Shown here: piece after piece, positions 9,576 through 17,724 of the stretch | Layout of the letters: each line of letters starts with the position of its first letter | Numbering within the stretch: the first letter of the stretch is position 1 | NCBI GenBank assembly: GCA_021325595.1 | Contig: JAJPGX010000015.1 | Span: 20,824 to 52,823 of the forward strand | Origin: Nitrososphaerota archaeon | GTDB lineage: Archaea; Thermoproteota; Nitrososphaeria; Nitrososphaerales; Nitrosopumilaceae | DNA length: 32,000 nt | Direction: 5' to 3' | Translations under genes and position numbers: made by a program | Notes under the pieces: model-generated | Seen by the model: the letters and a program-made list of their open reading frames with translations, nothing else | The model's database searches: none | Told to the model about the DNA's origin: nothing

Positions 9576-9861
9576 AACAATGAAAAAAACGATAATCTGT
9601 GAAGATAGTTATGAAGCGGAGAAACTTTCTAGTTTAATCTTTGTTAGAGATGAAAATGAAACCTTCATAACAGGAATTCTTGAAATTATCGAAAACGAGA
9701 TCATAATAACAATAAAAGACAAGTCTGCACACAGCGTCCTCTTCAGGGATAAGACACAAGCAGAGACATTTGCAGATTTCATTCAATCAGTAATAGAAAA
9801 CAATCACAGAATAATCAGTACTAAAGTATTAGAGAATGTTGTTGAAATCACTAAAGAATAA
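9568..9861 (+). CDS. Hypothetical protein
   Basis: The track ORF starts at a TTG overlapping the trpS end. An ATG at 9580 (MKKTIICEDSYEAEK...) is the more likely start. No family recognised. Confidence 0.5.
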   Translation: MIRTMKKTIICEDSYEAEKLSSLIFVRDENETFITGILEIIENEIIITIKDKSAHSVLFRDKTQAETFADFIQSVIENNHRIISTKVLENVVEITKE

Positions 9862-10194
9862 CTAGATAAGTGACTTGTCCATTTCATGGCTAACGATTTC
9901 TTGTACTTTTAAAAAATACAACCTTGTAGCATATGGCATATCATCTAAATTACTTTCAATTGCCATCATAAGATATCTTACTGCTCTTTTTGATATATCC
10001 AAATTAAACTTGAGATATAAAATTGGATCCTGTTTTACATTTATTTTGTCCACTAACCACGGTGGTGCCATCTCTTTTGCTTCTCGTATTACTTTTTTGT
10101 ACCAAAAGGCAATGTTTTCAGGATCAAGTCCTTCCTTAATATTAGCAATATCATCTGCCATTCTGCCTAGCATTCTATCAGTGATTTCTTTCAA
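9862..10194 (-). CDS. Hypothetical protein
   Basis: 110-aa ORF with ordinary amino-acid composition. The overlapping plus-strand ORF 9875..10222 is low-complexity and looks like a shadow. Confidence 0.55.
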   Translation of the reverse strand: MKEITDRMLGRMADDIANIKEGLDPENIAFWYKKVIREAKEMAPPWLVDKINVKQDPILYLKFNLDISKRAVRYLMMAIESNLDDMPYATRLYFLKVQEIVSHEMDKSLI

Positions 10195-10246
10195 TGACTT
10201 ACAACTTGTTCTATGGCTTTAGGGAAATTACTCAAAGATAGAGGAT

Positions 10247-10723
10247 CTATTTGTCAACTTCGAGAATATTGCCATCCAAATCAATCTCAGAGTTTTTTAT
10301 CCTAGTAGTAGATATTCTAGTACCATCTTTTGCCAATATCATTGGTACTGTGATTATTTCAACTGGGAGTGATCCTTTCTCTTTTCGTAAGCGGTTTAGT
10401 TCTTTTCCCTTAAATGCTGTTTCTTCACTTACCACTAAAGCTTCCACTTTGCTTTCGAATACTGCAGGGCCAAAATCATTATCAAGTTTACTTATTTCAT
10501 AACTACTTTCTGGAAAATTCTTTTTTATTATATCTTCCAAAGTTTGTTTTCGTTGAGAATAATCGTGTAAAAGTTCCTTTCCTTTTTTTCTTGCAAATTC
10601 GTCACTGGTCAATCCAATTATTACCATTGATGAAATTGAAAATCCTTTTTTTAATAATTCAAGATGGCCTCTATGAAGTATGTCAAATGTACCACCTAGG
10701 GCTACGGTTTTGAATCTAGTCAT
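10247..10723 (-). CDS. coaD: Phosphopantetheine adenylyltransferase, archaeal cytidylyltransferase-family type
   Basis: 158 aa. VALGGTFDILHRGHLELL is the (T/H)xGH nucleotidyltransferase motif, and RISTTRIKN near the C-terminus fits the family. Size and layout match archaeal PPAT. Confidence 0.78.
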   Translation of the reverse strand: MTRFKTVALGGTFDILHRGHLELLKKGFSISSMVIIGLTSDEFARKKGKELLHDYSQRKQTLEDIIKKNFPESSYEISKLDNDFGPAVFESKVEALVVSEETAFKGKELNRLRKEKGSLPVEIITVPMILAKDGTRISTTRIKNSEIDLDGNILEVDK

Positions 10724-10739
10724 AACATTACGTGATCAA

Positions 10740-11762
10740 CTATTGTACAAGTGCTAGATTAATTCTTGTTCCTGCAGACGATAGAGGTATATCATCTGGG
10801 GTCCACACATAGGTTTCTATATAATAAGAACCACTTGATTGAGGTGTCCATATTACAGAAACACTTTGTGCGTTAGTATCAAGAAATACTCCTTCATATT
10901 TTCCTATAAAGTCAACCTGTCCACCAAACTGTTTTACTTCAACATAATAAACAAATGGTTGTGTAGAATTACCTATTGCATATCTTATGTTGCTTGTTAT
11001 CTTTACTTGAGAACCAACAGGTATTGAAGAATATGCGTTACCTTGAACGTCAGTAGCAACTGTATTACTTACCATTACTGGTAAGGTGATCTGAATATTT
11101 GTAATCCCGGAAATTTTTGATTGATAAGAATCAGATTCTGCTACTACAGCATAGGATCTTGCTTTGGGATTTAATGTATCAGATATACTTACTTGAGCTT
11201 GTTTTCCGGAATCAATGTTGATTGGTTCAGACACTCCAATGCCTACAACTCTTTGAAAAGCGTCATATGATATGAAATACAGCTTTGTATTGGCAGATGT
11301 TAAAGCTCCATTGTTTTTTATGTTAACAGAGAAAAGAAGACCGTCTGATACCTTTACTATTCCGTTTGAGATGCTTAGTACTTGGGGCTTGTCAGGTGAC
11401 GATCTAAATCCAGCAAGTTTTACGCTCACCTGTGTAATTGAAGAATCCGCTTTTGAAGATATCATGAATTGTCCTTTCCCTCCAGCAGGTATTACTTGAA
11501 GAAGTGTGGTTCCCGTCTTGTATTCTATCACATTGTTGTTATCATCCTCAAAAGAGACACCAATTGATACATTATTCACTGGGGAGGCCATATCATTTTC
11601 AACCTCTCCTAGTACTACAGTAGTACCATCATCTGCTTTGTAGCTATATGCTGGAAGAACTTTGACATCGATACTTGTAGATGGAGGAAGGTTTTGAGCA
11701 GATGCTAAATTTGTTGTCAGTAGCATCATAGCAAATACAAATGCCAAAACTATCGATTTCAC
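10740..11762 (-). CDS. Secreted/cell-surface hypothetical protein
   Basis: 340 aa, GTG start, signal-peptide-like N-terminus (MKSIVLAFVFAMMLLTTNLASAQN), and a Ser/Thr/Val-rich beta-type composition. Confidence 0.68.
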   Translation of the reverse strand: MKSIVLAFVFAMMLLTTNLASAQNLPPSTSIDVKVLPAYSYKADDGTTVVLGEVENDMASPVNNVSIGVSFEDDNNNVIEYKTGTTLLQVIPAGGKGQFMISSKADSSITQVSVKLAGFRSSPDKPQVLSISNGIVKVSDGLLFSVNIKNNGALTSANTKLYFISYDAFQRVVGIGVSEPINIDSGKQAQVSISDTLNPKARSYAVVAESDSYQSKISGITNIQITLPVMVSNTVATDVQGNAYSSIPVGSQVKITSNIRYAIGNSTQPFVYYVEVKQFGGQVDFIGKYEGVFLDTNAQSVSVIWTPQSSGSYYIETYVWTPDDIPLSSAGTRINLALVQ

Positions 11763-11882
11763 AATTCAATCTTCCAAGTAGTGATTAATCTTGTACTGCA
11801 TATCATAATCTATACAAGGTAGTTTAGAAGCTTGTACAAAACTACGATTAGAAGAGAACAAAAAGAAGATAAATGTGGTAAT

Positions 11883-11987
11883 TTACTTGTGTTTTTTCAT
11901 TGCGGTAATTACACACCAGTATACGAATCCTGGAATTAATCCAACTGCTAATGGTATGTAAACGCCTGCTTGACTCCAATCTTGCAT
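11883..11987 (-). CDS. Possible small membrane protein (34 aa)
   Basis: Below the track cutoff. My translation is MQDWSQAGVYIPLAVGLIPGFVYWCVITAMKKHK, one hydrophobic helix with a basic tail. Confidence 0.3.
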   Translation of the reverse strand: MQDWSQAGVYIPLAVGLIPGFVYWCVITAMKKHK

Positions 11988-12122
11988 ATCTTAATTACCT
12001 AGCTATCCACAAACGGATATAGTATTTAAATCCATCTTTCAAGACTGCCTTTTTTGGAAACGGTCCAACAGATCGATATATCCCCTTTAAATAAAACGAT
12101 GCATTCCAAATTTTGAAAGTAC

Positions 12123-12488
12123 TTGGAAATAATATTTGAGCCATGGAAACAGCTAGTCATACATGAAGTCTTGGAATTAAAATTCGAAGAATGGATTACA
12201 CAGATAATTGCAAGTGCGAGATCTGCCGGTGGTGGAATTCCTACCATATTCTGGTCTGACGGCATAGCCTTTCACTTTGCAACATTCCCAGATACTGAGA
12301 CAATAGTACAAGAGAAACTCAAAGGTAGAATACACTATTCTTCAGTCACATTTGCAATAAAGGACAAGTTTGAAAAGCAGGTAGTTCGAGAATCAGGCGC
12401 AGTTAACTTTACAGACGTAAGCCATAATGAAATATTCAACGAGCTAACTAAGAAACTTAAAGTACAGTCAAAGTTTAAAACGTCTTAG
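12123..12488 (+). CDS. Hypothetical protein
   Basis: 121 aa with a TTG start, so the start is uncertain. Preferred over the antisense ORF 12026..12265, which is Cys/Ser-rich and odd in composition. Confidence 0.5.
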   Translation: MEIIFEPWKQLVIHEVLELKFEEWITQIIASARSAGGGIPTIFWSDGIAFHFATFPDTETIVQEKLKGRIHYSSVTFAIKDKFEKQVVRESGAVNFTDVSHNEIFNELTKKLKVQSKFKTS

Positions 12489-12679
12489 TTACTTTTTTTC
12501 GATTTGCGGTATGCTAAAGCTGCACCTACACCTATTAGACCAAAACCTATAATTTGATAATAATATGGAGATTGCCAGTCTATTGGAAAAAGGTAAACTC
12601 CTGCTGTTATTATAGCAAGATATAGAAACATTCTCATATCAATATCAAAGGCCATATAGAAGAATGAGCTATTTTCCAT
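12485..12679 (-). CDS. Small membrane protein (two predicted helices)
   Basis: 64 aa with two hydrophobic stretches and a basic C-terminus (YRKSKKSN). Confidence 0.5.
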   Translation of the reverse strand: MENSSFFYMAFDIDMRMFLYLAIITAGVYLFPIDWQSPYYYQIIGFGLIGVGAALAYRKSKKSN

Positions 12680-12767
12680 ACTATAAAGAATGCTACAAAA
12701 TTCAGAAGATTAAAACCACAGATACTTGTTTTTTACTATTTTATATGACATAAGACATCAACTATTA

Positions 12768-13403
12768 ATGTCTGAAAATGAGATACAGGTAAAGATACGA
12801 AATATGTCTTTTGAGGACATACCTAAAATAGTTGAGTTACAAAAAGCATCTTTTCCGCATATGGCAATAGAGGGTATGATCTGGAAGCCTCAGTCACTTA
12901 AAAACCACATACGTGTTTTCCCAGAGGGTCAATTTTGTGCAGAATCAGATGGAAACATAGTGGGTTCCGCAAGTAGTCTAATAGTGAAATTAGAACCAGA
13001 ATACAAAGAGCACACGTGGATGGAGATCTGTGGCGGTCCAGAGTTTAAGAATCACAATCCAAAAGGCGATAGCCTTTACGGAGCTGATGTATCAACACAT
13101 CCTGATTACCGAAGATTTGGGATTGCAACAAAACTTTATGATGCAAGAAGAAACCTTTGCATTAGATTAAATCTTAGGAGAATAATTGCAGGTGGAAGAT
13201 TGTTCAATTATTGTGAATTTCCAAATATAACACCAGATGAATATGTCAAGAAAGTGTTGACAGGTCAAATAAGTGAACCGGTTCTTCTCTTTCAGATAAA
13301 AAATGAATTTAAATTCATTAAAATTTTGCCAAATTATCTAAAAGATGGCAGATCATTAAATTATGCCACTTTTATAGAATGGAAAAATCCAGAATACAAG
13401 TGA
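12768..13403 (+). CDS. GNAT-family N-acetyltransferase
   Basis: IRNMSFEDIPKIVELQ... and HPDYRRFGIATKLYDA (the acetyl-CoA-binding R/Q-x-x-G-x-A/G type) fit GNAT. The track start at 12726 is a TTG; I prefer the ATG at 12768. Confidence 0.78.
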   Translation: MSENEIQVKIRNMSFEDIPKIVELQKASFPHMAIEGMIWKPQSLKNHIRVFPEGQFCAESDGNIVGSASSLIVKLEPEYKEHTWMEICGGPEFKNHNPKGDSLYGADVSTHPDYRRFGIATKLYDARRNLCIRLNLRRIIAGGRLFNYCEFPNITPDEYVKKVLTGQISEPVLLFQIKNEFKFIKILPNYLKDGRSLNYATFIEWKNPEYK

Positions 13404-14206
13404 TTTTGATGATAATTGATTGTCATACACACTTGAACCAATACGAATCTCTTGAAAAGATTTCTTCACTTGAAGAAAGAGTTAAGAAGTTGATTTTAGA
13501 GATGTCAAGTCACAATGTAGATCATTCTGTCATCCTATCATCATACAAAGTAAATGAACAGAGACCATCAACATTACAATTAATAGAAGCAATAAAAAAA
13601 TATGATAATCTTAGTCTTGTCGCAGGATATAGCATAGATAATCATACTGAAGACGATTTAAAACAATATAGAAAATGGATAAAGGATGGATTAGTTAAGG
13701 GACTTAAGATTTACTGTGGTTATGAGCATTATTATCCATATGATAAAAAATATCAAAAAGCGTATGACGTTTGTGTTGAGTTTGGCGTTCCTGTTATGGT
13801 TCATACTGGAGACACCTTTTCTGAAAAAGGAAAACTAAAGTTCTCACATCCACTCAATCTAGATGAGGTTGCAGTAGATAATCCAGAACTAAAAATAGTC
13901 ATGTGCCATCTTGGCAATCCATGGATTGAAGACTGTCAAGAAGTGGTCTACAAGAATGATAATGTTTATGCAGACATGTCTGGATTGGCAGTGGGAAAGT
14001 TTGACCATTTTTTTGAAAAGATAATGATGGAAAAGGTAGCAGAATTGATAAACTATGCAGGTGAGCCTCGTTACCTCTTATATGGTACTGATTGGCCAAT
14101 ATCAGATATGGATTCATACCTAAATTTTGTTGCGAAATTAAAATTAAAGAGAGAATATCGCGATAAATTGATGTATAAAAACGCTAAAGAACTCTTTAAA
14201 ATTTAA
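13379..14206 (+). CDS. Metal-dependent amidohydrolase-family hydrolase
   Basis: MIIDCHTHLN (HxH metal motif at the N-terminus), later VMVHTGD and MCHLGNPW, and a YGTDWP aspartate near the end. The true start is probably the ATG at 13409. Confidence 0.78.
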   Translation: MEKSRIQVILMIIDCHTHLNQYESLEKISSLEERVKKLILEMSSHNVDHSVILSSYKVNEQRPSTLQLIEAIKKYDNLSLVAGYSIDNHTEDDLKQYRKWIKDGLVKGLKIYCGYEHYYPYDKKYQKAYDVCVEFGVPVMVHTGDTFSEKGKLKFSHPLNLDEVAVDNPELKIVMCHLGNPWIEDCQEVVYKNDNVYADMSGLAVGKFDHFFEKIMMEKVAELINYAGEPRYLLYGTDWPISDMDSYLNFVAKLKLKREYRDKLMYKNAKELFKI

Positions 14207-14474
14207 AATTGTTTAGGTTTACAAAGTAGATTAACTAAAATCCAATACAAGCGATTTTAGAACAATTTCTATTCCTTTTAGGAATATTTTTTGAGGTTTT
14301 GACAAGTTTTTAATTAACAATTTTTACACCTCCTAATTGTTGTTTGGTTATTTTCCATTGGAGTCATTATCACCATAAGTGTACTTGAAAATTATATATC
14401 AATTCAAGATGTTTTTGCAACAAAAATGTTACAATAGATAAGAATTAGATTATAATTTCATGCATGAACAGGAA

Positions 14475-14546
14475 TGGACTGGTGGGGATTTGAACCCCAG
14501 ACCCCTCGCGTGCAAGGCGAGTATTCTACCGCTGAACTACCAGCCC
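14475..14546 (-). tRNA. tRNA-Ala(UGC)
   Basis: The reverse complement reads GGGCTGG-TA-GTTC-AGCGGT-AGAAT-A-CTCGC-CTTGCAC-GCGAG-GGGTC-TGGGG-TTCAAAT-CCCCA-CCAGTCC-A. The G3:U70 Ala identity pair is present, and there is no intron. Confidence 0.93.
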
Positions 14547-14631
14547 GTTGTATGGACTGAAAATTGTGTAGATTTTAATTGTTGCCTTTACAGTGGCAAA
14601 GATTTTATTGATATTACTATTCAAAAATTCC

Positions 14632-15192
14632 ATGGTATTGCTAAAATCAGAAGTTGTTCTAAAAAAGGGAGACAAAGCTCCAGAATTCAATCTCTTAGGA
14701 ATAGATGATAAAAAACACTCCTTGGCAGAATATAATCAAAAATCAGCAATGTTAGTTATTTTCATGTGTAATCATTGTCCCTATGTACAAGCAAAAATTG
14801 ATGCCATGAATGAGATTTATGAAAAATTCAGAGATAAGATAGCCATGATAGGAATTAATAGCAATGATCCTACCAATTACCCAGATGATAGTTTTGATAA
14901 CATGAAAAAATTTGCCAAAGAAAAAGGCATTAAGTTTCCTTACCTTGTAGATGAGTCTCAAGAAATTGCTAAAAAATATGGTGCGGTATGTACTCCAGAT
15001 CCATTTCTTTTTGATAAAGAAAGGAAATTAGTGTTTCATGGAAAAATAGACAACGCATTGAAACCAGAAGACAAACCTACAGAAAAAACAATGATATTAA
15101 ACATAGAGAAATTGCTTTCTGGCAACAAAATTGAAAAAGATTTTGATCCTTCCATGGGTTGCTCAATCAAGTGGAAAAGCCAGCAGACTTAA
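14632..15192 (+). CDS. Thioredoxin-fold redoxin (AhpC/TSA-like thiol-disulfide oxidoreductase)
   Basis: KKGDKAPEFNLLGIDDKKHSLAEY...LVIFMCNHCPYV carries a CxxC in the usual redoxin context. The track start at 14593 is a GTG lying close to the tRNA; the ATG at 14632 is preferred. Confidence 0.78.
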   Translation: MVLLKSEVVLKKGDKAPEFNLLGIDDKKHSLAEYNQKSAMLVIFMCNHCPYVQAKIDAMNEIYEKFRDKIAMIGINSNDPTNYPDDSFDNMKKFAKEKGIKFPYLVDESQEIAKKYGAVCTPDPFLFDKERKLVFHGKIDNALKPEDKPTEKTMILNIEKLLSGNKIEKDFDPSMGCSIKWKSQQT

Positions 15193-15217
15193 ATGACAGT
15201 TGGATAGGAAAATTTCT

Positions 15218-15305
15218 GGGCCGATAGATCAGCTTGGCTGGAGCGTTCGACTGATAAACTTATTCAGATATCGAAAGGTCGTGGGTTCGAATCCCATTCG
15301 GCCCA
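15218..15305 (+). tRNA. tRNA-Ile(GAU) with a 13-nt intron at the canonical 37/38 position (about 15257-15269)
   Basis: GGGCCGA-TA-GATC-AGCTTGGCTG-GAGC-G-TTCGA-CTGATA[AACTTATTCAGAT]A-TCGAA-AGGTC-GTGGG-TTCGAAT-CCCAT-TCGGCCC-A. The intron TTATTCAG can pair with the CTGATAA anticodon-loop region. Confidence 0.8.
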
Positions 15306-15420
15306 TTAAAATTTCACTTGTGATAAGCATAGATCTCAATAAATAGGAATATTTGTTATCATGTTTGTTGTCAAGATTTCATCACATGACATATTTCCCA
15401 AATATGAGGAATGAATAGAG

Positions 15421-15771
15421 ATGGATTATGACGAGATATGTAAGAAGGTTGCAAGTTTAGATCCAAATATAAGATTTGCAGGAATAATAAATGAAAATGG
15501 AAGATTAGTAGCAGGCGGTATGAGACAGGGAATTAGTTCACTAGAAGATTCCAGAGATGATGAAATGTTATACATGGAATTAGTTTTGAGAGCAAAGATG
15601 AGAAGAGAGTTCGACAAGGTATTAGGACCGGTAGAATTTGCCATGTCATATAGAGAAAAACTAACCATCATGAGTTTTCCCATTAAAGAACATATTTTGT
15701 TAGTTTCAGGTGAAAAAGGAATTGATTTTGCTACCCTACCATTTAAAATTCTAAAGATAATCAGAAGTTAA
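15421..15771 (+). CDS. Hypothetical protein (possibly Roadblock/LC7-like fold)
   Basis: 116 aa. IRFAGIINENGRLVAGG and later blocks resemble Roadblock-type small regulatory domains. This is a weak inference. Confidence 0.55.
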   Translation: MDYDEICKKVASLDPNIRFAGIINENGRLVAGGMRQGISSLEDSRDDEMLYMELVLRAKMRREFDKVLGPVEFAMSYREKLTIMSFPIKEHILLVSGEKGIDFATLPFKILKIIRS

Positions 15772-16664
15772 GACTGTGAGCTTTCAAAGGTAGTTTGGCA
15801 CCACTGTAGTAATTTTTCTATATCATCAGATATAAAATCCGCATCTGTTTTTGTCTTTTTAGCAATTTTTGTGCATAAAACCACACGAAGATTCTTTCCA
15901 AATTTTGTTTTGCTTGAATCAATTGCCCGCCTAAAGAATTTGATTTCTCCTTCTTTTGAAGAAAATATAGCAATAACCATAAGACCATCGCGTTTGGACC
16001 AGATCTTACTTAGAAATCTTTGCAGATCAATATCAAATAGAACGTCAATTGCAGACGACATGTCTCCAAGAAAGGATGTTTTCCATTTTTCTGAATGAAA
16101 TGCTGCTGATGCGGCTTTTGCAAGAAGATCATTCTGAGAATCAGTAGCCAAAATAACCATATTCTTTTTTGAATTGATTTCTTCGCTAGCCGTTTCTATT
16201 AGGTATATAGAGTTCGATACAATTACGTCAAGGAATTTTTTTTCAGATTTACCTATCTTACCACTAGCATAAGAATTCTCTACAGATTCTATAGTTGGTA
16301 CTATTACTTCGGTGATTAGTTTGGAAGGTTTGGCTCCAGAATGAAGTGATGTTTTAATCAGATTATGGGCTTGGGGTGCAGACAACGATAAAACATATTC
16401 AGAATACTTGTTTTTTACCTGAAAAAAGTCAGCAGGAAAGTTGAATGAATCCACTCCCTCTTCGACTAGCCATAAGTTAACACTGCCAATCTGTTTTTGT
16501 CGTAACAAGCCTTCAGCAGCAAAGATTTTTAGATATTTAGACATGGTAGCACGATTAATCTTTAGTTTTTCAGCAACTTCCATTCCTGTTAGCCCAGTCT
16601 TGGATTCTCGAAGAAGTTCAATCAATTTTTCCCTCATCTTTTCATTTCCGTAACCCTTTGTCAC
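15768..16664 (-). CDS. Transcriptional regulator: N-terminal winged-helix HTH plus C-terminal B12-binding_2/B12-binding-like module
   Basis: 298 aa. The HTH is LTGMEVAEKLKINRATMSKYLKIFAAEGLL. The middle, EVIVPTIESVENSYASGKIGKSEKKFLDVI, resembles the helical cap of cobalamin-binding domains. MVILATDSQNDLLAKAASAAFHSEKWKTSFLG resembles the Rossmann B12-binding domain, with SQNDLL in place of DxHxxG. Confidence 0.68.
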   Translation of the reverse strand: MTKGYGNEKMREKLIELLRESKTGLTGMEVAEKLKINRATMSKYLKIFAAEGLLRQKQIGSVNLWLVEEGVDSFNFPADFFQVKNKYSEYVLSLSAPQAHNLIKTSLHSGAKPSKLITEVIVPTIESVENSYASGKIGKSEKKFLDVIVSNSIYLIETASEEINSKKNMVILATDSQNDLLAKAASAAFHSEKWKTSFLGDMSSAIDVLFDIDLQRFLSKIWSKRDGLMVIAIFSSKEGEIKFFRRAIDSSKTKFGKNLRVVLCTKIAKKTKTDADFISDDIEKLLQWCQTTFESSQS

Positions 16665-17021
16665 AATTTTTCATTTGTGTGTCTAGTATATAGAATTAAT
16701 AAAATCAGCAGGGACCAAATGTCCCTACTGACCGGTACTTGGTATGGTCTGGTAGATCCCAGAACGTGGTGTGGTATGCAGTATGCTACGAGCGCACTAT
16801 TGGTACTGTGATAAAAAAGTAAATAAAAAACACTCAGGATTTATACTAAAAATTTAAAAGCTTGATTTATACTCATAGCAAATTTGTTGAAAAACATCTT
16901 GCAATCAAACCAATCATTAACAAGTTAACTCAAGATAGATTTCAAATTAACCAAAAGTTGATTATTTGAATCAAGAAACGTTAAATACTTGTACTTTAAA
17001 GTACGGTATAGGTAGGTAATA

Positions 17022-17408
17022 ATGCCAAAAGCAGGTTTCAAATCAATTACGGTTTCAGAAGAGGTGTATAATAGATTCCATGACACATACAAGAAAAACA
17101 AACACGATCTTGCAATGAAGGGAATCAACAGTTTTGCAGGATACATAACATACATGATGGAAGACCTAATGCAAAAAGACGAAACATTTGCAAGATATGC
17201 CCCCAAGTTAGAAAAAATATCTGCGGATGATGACAGAGTAATTGTTAAAGACAATATCAAAAATAGAATTGCCGAAGTAGCAGTACAAAATGGTGAGCTT
17301 TATTGTTTATTATGTGAAGAGAAAGATTGCGTTCATGTTGGATTTGTATTCTCCCTCCCAGAAGTTTATGAAGTTCTAAATGTAAAAGGAATAAAGCATC
17401 AAAGATAA
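17022..17408 (+). CDS. Ribbon-helix-helix (CopG-like) DNA-binding protein with a C-terminal Cys/His cluster
   Basis: 128 aa. MPKAGFKSITVSEEVYNRF is a typical RHH N-terminus, and the C-terminus has CLLCEEKDCVH (C-x2-C-x4-C-x-H). The antisense ORF 16925..17260 is rejected. Confidence 0.62.
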   Translation: MPKAGFKSITVSEEVYNRFHDTYKKNKHDLAMKGINSFAGYITYMMEDLMQKDETFARYAPKLEKISADDDRVIVKDNIKNRIAEVAVQNGELYCLLCEEKDCVHVGFVFSLPEVYEVLNVKGIKHQR

Positions 17409-17410
17409 AG

Positions 17411-17533
17411 TGCAGGAGGTGGGATTTGAACCCACGAACCCCTAAGAGACGGGATCACCCATTGTAATGATCTTAAGTCCCGCGCGTCCAAAGGCCAATA
17501 AAACCTTCTTTGGCCAGGCTCGGCGACTCCTGC
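17411..17533 (-). tRNA. tRNA-Leu(UAA) with two introns (a 22-nt intron in the D-arm and a 16-nt intron at 37/38)
   Basis: The reverse complement reads GCAGGAG-TC-GCCG-AGCCTGGCCAAAG[AAGGTTTTATTGGCCTTTGGAC]GCG-CGGGA-CTTAAG[ATCATTACAATGGGTG]A-TCCCG-TCTCTTAGGGGTTC-GTGGG-TTCAAAT-CCCAC-CTCCTGC-A. It has the long variable arm typical of Leu, and the D-stem closes only after removing the first insert. Confidence 0.75.
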
Positions 17534-17631
17534 GTTTTATTAGCGTGAAGTTGGAGAAATTAAACGTTTTATGAAAAAAAATTTCAAAACCAAGTAAGAT
17601 TAATAAGGATTCAGAAGGGCGAGCTTGTCAT

Positions 17632-17705
17632 GCTTCGATAGCTCAGCCTGGTAGAGCGTTACCTTGGTAAGGTAAAGGTCGCGGGATCGAATCCCGCTCG
17701 GAGCT
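17632..17705 (+). tRNA. tRNA-Thr(GGU)
   Basis: GCTTCGA-TA-GCTC-AGCCTGGTA-GAGC-G-TTACC-TTGGTAA-GGTAA-AGGTC-GCGGG-ATCGAAT-CCCGC-TCGGAGC-T. No intron. Confidence 0.93.
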
Positions 17706-17724
17706 TTTAGTGTTTTCAAGATAA

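Noticed and set aside
12026-12265. ORF 12026..12265 (-)
   Set aside because: It overlaps 12123..12488 (+) and has a less protein-like sequence. It was kept out, but with low certainty either way.
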